From Hydrolagus affinis (Eukaryota): a stretch of 64,000 nucleotides of DNA. Within the stretch, counting starts at the first letter, position 1. The number at the start of each line of letters is the position of its first letter. The stretch spans positions 1-64,000 of the forward strand of contig JAAILG010001338.1 of the NCBI GenBank assembly GCA_012026655.1. The letters run 5' to 3'. Positions 54,917 through 64,000 of the stretch are shown one piece after another. The position numbers were made by a program, and so were the translations under genes. Under the pieces are notes generated by a model that saw nothing but the letters and a program-made list of their open reading frames with translations, was not told the origin of the DNA and searched no databases.

Positions 54917-55110
54917 TTCATAGGATTTGCTGTAAAGGTGGAGTGACTGCTGATTTTCTGGGTGAAAGCACTAGCCAATTTGTGCACCGCTATGTCCCAC
55001 AAACAGCCAGCGAATGAATGACCAGTTTTATTTTGGTGGAATTATTTGGCAGTTGTTCTCTTGTTGAATAACGCTGCAGGATTTTTAACATCCATCTGAA
55101 CAAGCAGGCT
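54917..55110 (-). mobile_element. Deu-domain SINE fragment next to an assembly gap
   Basis: gccaatttgtgcaccgctatgtcccacaaacagc...tgaccag...ggatttttaacatccatctgaaca. Confidence 0.6.
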
Positions 55111-57349
55111 TAAGGCATAAATGGCATCAATCAAGAAATATTCAATCAAGAACATTTATTTTGTTGGCAGACAAAAAATGTTGGCCATCACTCACTGGCC
55201 TTAGAATGTATGAATTCCAAGCCCTGACTTAGAGCTTGAAGTTATAACTTTCAAAACTCGGAGGCAAGAGTGAGACCAACTTTGTAAAGAAGAGGATAGG
55301 TTAGGCGTCCTGTTCACTCTTGATGATTTCCCCCTTCCTCTCTGAAATGGAGTGGTGTATAATTCAGTGCCCTGAGTATACATTTTCCCAGTTAGGATAA
55401 ATTGTTTTAGAGCTCACAGAAATTCATCTGCTTCCATGCAATCTCAAAAATCCTCAAGTGGAGTCAAGGCTGTGTGACTGCTAAAAAAAAAACAAAAAAA
55501 ACACAAACTTGTGGCTGGAAGAGGATTTTCTCCAGCCATTCCCTGTAAGTTCTAACGGACCTACGAAACTCGGGCTTGGATGCGATCCTGGGTTCCGAGT
55601 CGACATATCGCGAGGTCCATGTCCAATCCGGGGAAAATTCCCCCGAAGAAAACGCAGCGTACATCATGGATGCTTCTGCCGGGAGACGTGGAGTGGCCAA
55701 TGTTTTTAGAATGCTTTACGGAGTGCAATTGCCACGAGTCTTACCTTGCAGGATGAATTATTGAAATCCGCGCGGCTCTGGTGACAAGCGCGTACGGTAT
55801 TTATCTCGCACGTAGTTGCACATTAAAATGCTAGGACTCCAGACGGCTGCTGAGCATGTGAGGCCCTGTGCCAGTTTTCATCTGTCTGCCGTTTGCGACT
55901 CACTTTTATGTGCATCTCACAGAAAAGCTTCTCTGTTCAGTTCACACAACACCTTGTCAATAATTCATAGTAACAAAAGTAAGGAAGGAGTGAAACGGGG
56001 GACATTTCCAGGCAACTTTGTTTTTTGCTCCCTGGGCCAAATTGTTTCTCTTTTAATTTCATTTTTCTCGCAGCAGCCATAGTGACTGGTGAATCGAATC
56101 GTCCCCTAATATAGTCAAGACAAGATGATACTACTGACCTGTGAAGAAAATTATTGGAATAAATAAGGAGATGTGCTTTCAAAAAATCTCCCTTGATATT
56201 TCTTCCATGTGCTCGCCTCTCTATTGTTCTATTTATATGCATCATTGTCTCTATTTTATTCTTTATTTTTCCTTCATTTTGGTCCATTATACCCCCATTT
56301 TCCTCCGTCACCATCCCGCTCCGCTGTCTTCTGTCTTTTTATGGGTGCCTTCAGTAGTTTTTACACCTTTTATACCTTTATTCCCCGACATAGAAAGTGC
56401 AAATGAACTAACTCGTCAACACTTTAACATTTCTTTTCTGACCATTTAATTTTTTGTTTAGTAAAATGGTAGCTACATCCGCTGACTGTTGGTTCATCTT
56501 TCTGACCCCATTTCTCATCTCAACTTGCTGAGAATCCTTTGATAAGCTACTCAGGAAGGGATCTTTCCCATTTGACTTGTGATCGACTCGCGAGCACACA
56601 TACTGCACAGATAGGGTGGTCTGAGCTAAGACAGTTTTCCAATACCTTAGGTTGGTAAGTTTCACTGTTCTATCCGGTTTAAGTAGCCCCAGCACACATT
56701 TTGAGATTCCGAATGCCTTGACTTACGACTCACTTTGAATAGTAGCAGACTTGTCCATGGTCTAATTGAAATGTGGAGGATCAAATAGCTGCAAGTAAGC
56801 CAGCAACAAAGAAGTCGCTCCACTTCAAGCAAACCGCGAGCTGTTTTCATTCATCATCATGTGGAAACTCATCTTCAAAGACAACTACCTACAGCTGGGC
56901 ATGTTGAAGCCCAGTCATAATACAGCTTATTGCAATTCCGCAGAACAGCCACGAAATTGAATTGTATTATTCAGTAGCATATGCCTCTCATCTAGTCCAA
57001 TTTCAGAAAATTGCTGCTACCGCTGTTTCTTTTGCGTTAAGACTATAGAAATAGGCGTGGACTGGCATAATAACTAACCAGCTAGATTTTGATGAGCACC
57101 AGTTCTGCAGTATGTGACATTTATCATACAAGCTTGCAAATGGGAGAAGTGTTTCATTGTGTGATTTGTGAAAGGGTAGGAAGACCTTTTTTTTAACATT
57201 TTCCCAGCGGAAAAGACAATTTAAACCCAAAGATAAAAAAGATGAGACACCTGTGCAAAATCAGTTTTCCTTTCGAGTGATGACTTTTGATTTTTACCGT
57301 CGTTTGTTCAGTGCGATGTTTTTATTTGTTCCTTCCTTCTCCTTTTTTG

Positions 57350-57590
57350 ACAACAACAACTTGCACTTATATCGCGCCCTACATGCGGTGCCAGTCGAGT
57401 GGAGGTGCCTGGTGGTGGATTGGGAAGTGAGGAGCTCGGAGATGGGTGCCAGAGAGTGAAGGGATTTGAACGCGAGTGTGAGGATCTTGAAGTAAATCCG
57501 TTTGGTGATGGGGAGCGAGTGGAACCTGGGTCAGAACTGGTGAGATGTGGATGTGGAATTGGTCCGGATCAGTCAGCATGCGGGCGGCAT
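57350..57590 (-). mobile_element. L2 LINE 3' fragment with (GTT)n tail, internally deleted
   Basis: The minus strand encodes AARMLT..HISPVLT..LPITKRIYFKILTLAFKSLHSLAP (frameshifted), joined to the tail agggcgatataagtgcaagttgttgttgtc. Confidence 0.8.
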
Positions 57591-58264
57591 ACTGCTCTAT
57601 TAAATAGTGGAGCTCAAGGATTGTATTTGAGTATCCAGGCAGGAGGGGGACAAATGCATTGCTGAGGGGCTTACTCAGAAGCCGGGGTGAGAAATCTTCA
57701 GTCTAAACGTTGGCCTAGGAAATGCTACTTAACCATTCAAAGGCATCTGTTTGTATCTTTGTCCTGCTATTTACACACATGACTGGATCTTTAATAGAGG
57801 TTGAGAATTCTTGCCTCCTTCTGTTCTCTGTTTCCAAATTGAGGCCAATTATAAAAGGCCTTACTGCAGTCCTAACAGAGATCCCCAAACTCAACGTAGA
57901 CCTGAAGTCAAACTGGGAATCTTCCTTGTCCAAATAACTTGGTACAGCAAGGTCACGTATTTACCCACTAAGACCAGCCAGTGATCTTTTTTTTAATAAA
58001 AATTGACATTGGCACCCAATACTATATTATGTTGTGGTGGAAAAAAATGCTTTTTACAGTGATCAGTGTAAAATAGACCCAGTATTGTCATCAGAGAATC
58101 ACTGCTGTCATTCCCTTCTTCTCTTTAACCCAGAACCCACTATCGAATTAGAGTAACAAACAGGCACTGGAAAGGTGTCTGTCTTGTTTAATCTTCACAA
58201 TTGATGTAGAGTTTATAACTTTGAAACATCACAAATCCCTGTGTGCTTAATTGCTGTCAAATGC

Positions 58265-58606
58265 AGTGACTGTGTAGTTGTAGGCAAGGGAAACGGGTCA
58301 AATTTCACACAGCAAGCTTCGACAAACAAGCAACCATAACATGTGTTATCAATTCTATCTGCAGCATTGTTGGTGAGGAGATTGGAAGAAATACCTTTCG
58401 TTTTTGAATAGTGTTGTGAGATCTTTAATGTTCACCCAAACAGAGGGGTGGAACCAAGGTTTGGTGTCTCATCTAAAGGATAGCTTTGCCACAATGTCCA
58501 CAGTGCTCCACAGTGTCAGTCTCGTCCATGAGCTCAAACCCAAGTGTGATGTTTGCACTTGCAACCTTTTGATCAAGATGTGAGAGTTGCCATCAGAGCC
58601 AAGCTG
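58265..58606 (-). mobile_element. Degenerate SacSINE1-like SINE
   Basis: Minus-strand matches: aatttcacacagcaagct..acaaaca (Deu block), agatctttaatgttcacc, tctcatctaaaggatagc, agtgtcagtct, caacctttt. Confidence 0.65.
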
Positions 58607-59329
58607 CGTTTCATTTGATTTCAGTACTAAGTGGAACCATCTTTTCTTTAAAACCTAACGGTGCGTCGTATTACTTACTGGCTGTGGGATGTTGCTCTGT
58701 AAACAATTGCGTGCACAAACAATATTCTTGATTGCTTCGATGGAAGAGCCTTGTCACCGTTGCATCCTAATAGCTTCGCTTTTGTCACATTATTGGAGGT
58801 TTTTGCGACAAAAAAAACAGAGTTGGATTGTTGTTGTTAAAAACAATTTTGTGCAGTAATTGCCCATTCAATCAAACAAAAGGCTTTCACTGAGAAAGCA
58901 ATTTACCGTCTGTGGATGAGCTTGTGTCACCACAGCCAGCGTGTCCAAAAGCGTGTGGAGTTTAATGTGCCGTATGTGCAAACTACCTTCTTTGAAATAC
59001 TGCTGCCTCTCTCCTCCCTTAACTGCAATCAAAACTCGTTTCAAAACATATCTCATTGACTGCTCCACCGTCTTACTCCCACCCCAGGTTCTTGCCCGGT
59101 CTTCGTAAAGCGCTTTGAGACATTCACCTTGCCCAAGAGGTGTTACGTGAGTGAAAATTGCGTTGCTAATTGCATGCAACTCGTAGTTTGTAAATAAATT
59201 CATGACTGGTGACATGCAAGCAGACAAAAGTTCTAGGAATAAAAGGAGTGCGCGCCATCTCCCAATGGGAATTAATCGACAGCTTTGTTTGCTGGCCTTT
59301 TTTTTCCCTGCACTTTGGAGCAAACAATT

Positions 59330-59560
59330 AGCGGAGGTGCCTGTTCTGATCACAGTCCATGTCTCACACCTGTTGCAAACGCACACTTGCAGAGTGAAGC
59401 ACGAGCTCGGCAGTAACACCCCCTGTGGTCAAGCAGCCTGCTGACACAGAATGATCCAGGTTCACATACGAAGAATGCTCACTCAGGCAAGGAGCGAAGG
59501 TGATCGATGCCCATGGAACCATAGCCCAGCATCAGTCAGGGCCTCCATTGAGAATGGGGA
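59330..59560 (+). mobile_element. AmnSINE2-like ancient SINE, 3' part
   Basis: gagctcggcagtaacaccccctgtggtcaagcagcctgctgacac...gttcacatacgaagaatg...gcccatggaaccatagcccagcatcagtcagggcct resembles the recalled AmnSINE2 consensus. Confidence 0.6.
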
Positions 59561-62500
59561 ATTCTGAAAAATTGTTAATTGTGTCTCAAAGAGCTTCACG
59601 GAAAATACCGCAAAGTGGATTGACTGTATTTTGTGGGTGACAAGTAGTGATGGTCACAACTATTTTTCCGCAACTCTCCTAATTTATGAAGGCGATTTTG
59701 GGATGTCAAATTATAGAACATGATTCCATAATCGCTAATTTATTCCCTCATTACCAGAGATAAGGCCGGATAATAATTAATTGCATGAACGGTATCACCC
59801 ATAAACACTGCTCTCTGGGTCACTGTAGCAAGAATTGCAAGTTGCGATCTTGGCCTTAGTGGTACAGGTCTCAGTGTTGTCTGACAGACACTCTTGGCGG
59901 GGGGGGGGTGGAGGGGGACGAAGCAAAATAATATGTGTTCTATGTACAGAATGGAAGCCTTCAGGGGAAATAGGACCTGCTACTCCCCAGTGTTGGGCAC
60001 AAAAAAAAAGGATGCTTTAGGGCAAGAATAGGTATACATATCTTTAAATTTATACAACAGCATGAATTGCTGAAAATCAATAGCGAACCTCTGAAAACTT
60101 AAAGATATGGTAAATTAATTATTATTTTTATACAAAAGCTTTGAGGTTTGAGCCTTCATACCTGAAACCTTAACCCAGCGTTTCTCTTATAGATGTTAAT
60201 TCACCTGATGCGAAATTCTAGCACTTGTGTGTGTGTGTTTTATTTCGCCTTTTATTTCTTTAAATTTTATCTGCGCTGTCATGGAGAGGAGGGAAGGAGA
60301 TATGATTTTTGAGATGTAATAATATCTCTCTAAGGAAAACCCAACTATAATTTCCTGTCACAAATGCCATTGACATGGTTTTAAAGTTTAATATAAAAGG
60401 AATACTCCAGGGATAGCTCACAAGTCATATCTCTACCGTACACTATTATCAGTCTATTTCTCACTGGATATACTTATATTAAGTCTATCTGTGCTACCTA
60501 CCAATGATTGTGCTATGTATTAGAGCACGAGGACACTGCACACACAATTCCGGTAGCAGGTATTATTCAAATGTAATGGGACCAGAAATATCACTTGAGT
60601 TTAGCTTGAAGACGCCACCATTGTTTTAAGATTTCAGATTCTACAGAATTTTTCTTAAATTCGTATCTTATCAAAAAGCCTCAAAAATGTGTGGATTCTT
60701 TGCAGTGAACTGGTGAACACCTGAGCCCTGCATATTAATAATGATGACAATAATAATAGTAATACTAATAATAATCATAAAAAATCTTCAAGATCTCAAA
60801 GTCCTTCACAGCATATATTGTAAACAACAACAACAAACTACATTTGTAAGGCCCCCTTCGCACAGGAAAGATGTCCCAAATTGACTGTACATTTTGTGGG
60901 CGAAATATGCAATTGCTAGAAACTGTAATTTTCAACTTTACTTTTAAAGCTGCTTTGCTGCAGTTCTTTGGTGTCCACAAATGCTGTGGAATCAGGATCC
61001 AAAATGTGCCTATCTCAGGTTTAAATTATATAGTGCTGTCCTCACAATAGAGACTACGTTTGCTTCAAACCTCTTCAAAATATTTCCACTGAGCAGCAGA
61101 GTTTAATGTTAATAATTTATGGAGCTCAGCAGGTGGACAGTACAGGGAGTCCACACCCTGGAGGCTTGGCGTTCAGGCATAAAATATGAATAGAGACAAA
61201 GTATTCAGTACTTTTCTTGAAGATCCAAAAAGGAATTGATTTTGTGTGGCTTACAGACTTCCCAAGACTATAGAGTTCTGTTTATAATAAATCCAATAGA
61301 TTTATTTATTCTGTTGGAAGAGAATAAATGGATGGTTTGTACCTGGTATCTCATGAATCAAAGTTGATTTGCAAAGACTGATTTCTTTCCATTATGCGAA
61401 ATAAAACGCTTTCCAAGTGCGTACACCATGAATACAAATGATAAATGATGGATAGATGCCATTGTAAAGTGGGTTGGAGTCATAACATCTGTAATACTTA
61501 ATAGCCTTATGCATGGATCATTGTGGAATTCCATAAGCTATCTGGACATGTTTAATTCATCAAGATGATTTTACCTCCCAAACGACTGCTAAAGCATTCA
61601 GAGTAGCTGGATTTGTTTTTTCAACAATTGCTGGCCTGGGAAAGAACATTGGAGAGAATTTGAAGTCAATACAAATTGGTGTTCCGAATTAGTACACAAA
61701 TCAAGGAGATATTGATTTGTAACCTATTCCGACCTGATGTGTGCTGTGAGCTTGTGTGCACTGTGTTTAATTCACTTTGTGCATAAGGCAAGTTGCAAGA
61801 GTGAATAGGGGAGGGTGGAAGGAACTGCGCGGTGCTGTGGATTGCTGCGTCCTATCGCTTCCGGAACCTGGCAGTGAATCCAGTAGATGAACAAGGCAGC
61901 ATTTCCTCTTGGGTGCGAAATATGTCTATACAGTCTCATAGCCATAAACATACAGCACAGAGACTGCTCCGACTTTGGGTCCATGCTTGAACCATAGGAA
62001 GGTTGGCAAGGGCAACGGTCCTAATAAAATGTTACAAAGGTCCAGTGAGGCATGCTCTGCTGAGTTTTGGAGGATCGAAGCACTTTGAGGGAGCAGAGAA
62101 GCACATTAGCTGTAGCTGCTCAGAGCCTTCCTCTCCCTCTTTGCCAAGTATTTGTTCTTTTTTACATGTAAAAAGCCACTCCAAGGCTCACGACTGCAGT
62201 CTAAAGAGACGAAAATTCATCGCTACAATATGGTTGCTGAGCAAGAGTTTCCCTCTCTCTCTCTGTCGATGTAGAAATGGATGTTTTTGTGGATGATAAC
62301 CTAGCTCATCTGTTCTGCTTTATTCAGCACCACAGGGACAGACAGGAATCCACAGAAGACTCCCTGTAGATCGAGGTAATCCAAACAATAACTTGTGTTG
62401 AGGAAAAAACTCAGGTGGAGGTGACCTTGCGTCTGACAATGCACCTGCCTTCTCCTTTAATCCACATGCTGTTTGGAGATTTGCTGTACTTTTCACTGCA

Positions 62501-63498
62501 ATACAGCCCAAAGTATTGAAACGGCACTATCACTTTGACACAATCCGCTGGTCTGGACTCTATTGAGAGTGAATCTGTGGAGCTGCCTAGTTGTAGTGAG
62601 TACAAGCAGAATATCTGAAAGCGCTGGTGTTAAACCAAGCTTGAGGGCTAAAATTGCACCTTAGTCTTAGTCTGTACGACTCCTGCCTTAAAATTTAAGA
62701 TTGCACAGAATGATAGAAGATTCCTATCTTCCGTCCTAATTTGGAAACAAACTTTCACACGAACATGAACTTTCCCCAATTCTGCCCTGTGTGTTTGAAA
62801 CCAAATCATCCTGACAAGCTAAGACTAGGATTTTCAGGTCACTGGAAATGTGGGAATTGAATTATTATTCTTTACATTAGAGATGTGAATAGACAGTTAG
62901 ACAGTTAGGAACTGATTTGGCCTCGCATATGTCGTGCAGTGTAATTAGGGTATGTTAGTTCAGAGTCAATGTGTGAATAAACCCATAAGCTGTCAGATGG
63001 GAGGTTCGGAGTGTGTACTGCTGTGTTGTCAGCCGTATGTGAGTTGAAAGTAACCACCAATTCCGAATGGGCAAAGTACCAAAATGAGTGAATCCATGCA
63101 AGCAAGAATGTGTTTAAGATAGACTGTGTTGTTAAACCTTGTTTGCCCTGATTCTTGGGATGATGAATAGAATTTAGAAGCATGTGAGGTGTGTATCAGG
63201 ACCCACTAAATGGTTTTAAGATCTGTCTGTTATTCTTACAGGATGCGCTGCTCTGCATGGCGCTTCCCAAATGTATTGCCATTCTCTCTGCATTAGCAGA
63301 AATTCAGATCAGTTTGCTCTCTGAGTACACAGAATATTTGCTATACATATGCTGATGATTTGAAAGAGAGGATCAACCTTCTGCTATGGGCTGCCTTGCC
63401 AAGAAATACCCCCCCCAAGGTAGTGAGGGTACAGAGGCAGTTTGGCAAAATGGCTCTTGGATGAATTTTTGTATGTGTGTGTATATATATATATTATA

Positions 63499-63706
63499 TA
63501 GTAAAAGCCTGTTTATCCGGCACCCTTGGGACCTGGCCAATAGCAGTTAAAGCCGGATATTCAGCTGAAAACGCAAAAAAAAAGTTTTTTTTTTCAATAC
63601 ATTTTTCCGGATAAATTCCAGTTAATCGAATGCGGACCTTTTTTTTGCGATGCCGGTTATATGGAAGTTACGGTTGATCGGGTGCTGGATAAACAGGCTT
63701 TTGCTG
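63499..63706. mobile_element. Tc1/mariner (Tigger-like) MITE
   Basis: 27-bp terminal inverted repeats tagtaaaagcctgtttatccggcaccc and gggtgctggataaacaggcttttgctg (3 mismatches), with TA on each side. The interior is non-coding. Confidence 0.85.
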
Positions 63707-64000
63707 TATATAAACAAATGATGTGCAATCGGAGGAATTATTTTTATTCTAAAATCAGAACGAAATCCCCAAGGTTTTAAATGGAACGCTTCCGTAAACT
63801 GCTAAGAAGTGTTCAAAGAGTCAGTGCAGAACAGAACACATCTGAAAATACGGTGACATGGTTGAATGCCAGTTTTCTGATTCTTTCTGCTTTGAAGGAG
63901 TGGAGGGTGAGTGGTGATGGGGGGGATGTCTGGTTTTTGCCAGATGTGAGTGAGGAAGATGGAACTCAGGCAAATCTGCAAGTAGTTACAAACATCTAAC

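Noticed and set aside
58868-59419. 183-aa minus-strand ORF
   Set aside because: No recognisable domain, non-ATG start, and it overlaps decayed SINE/LINE tail sequence.
60150-60245. Additional hammerhead-like Penelope relic
   Set aside because: Probably the same family as 41097-41310, but the CUGANGA box is missing, so no ribozyme can be claimed.
47015-64000. Next cadherin exon ([10 protein letters not shown])
   Set aside because: I did not find it in the + strand ORFs or by eye. It probably lies beyond the window, though the gap at 54817-54916 cannot be inspected.

Overview
AT-rich, CpG-depleted vertebrate genomic DNA. The repeat families suggest a cartilaginous fish, probably elephant shark or a related chimaera (inference from recall, no search run). 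The window is almost entirely intronic. Its only convincing coding segment is a 230-nt internal exon (46785-47014, + strand, phase 1 to phase 0) encoding the prodomain of a type I classical cadherin, best matching R-cadherin/CDH4 exon 3. Bases 1-46784 are therefore the distal part of the large intron 2, and 47015-64000 the start of intron 3. The rest is tRNA-headed Deu-domain SINEs, SacSINE1-, AmnSINE2- and LF-SINE-like relics, L2 and CR1 LINE 3' fragments, two Tc1/mariner-type MITEs, Penelope-derived hairpins, microsatellites and two 100-N gaps. Apart from the cadherin exon and three ORFs that cross LINE ends, the ORFs in the track look like chance ORFs. I see no novel multi-gene system. The best leads are a Penelope-derived palindrome with a minimal hammerhead-ribozyme core (41097-41271), a 99-nt candidate poison or alternative exon in phase with cadherin exon 3 (13274-13372), a CpG-dense hairpin-rich patch (55510-55860) and several candidate conserved enhancers.
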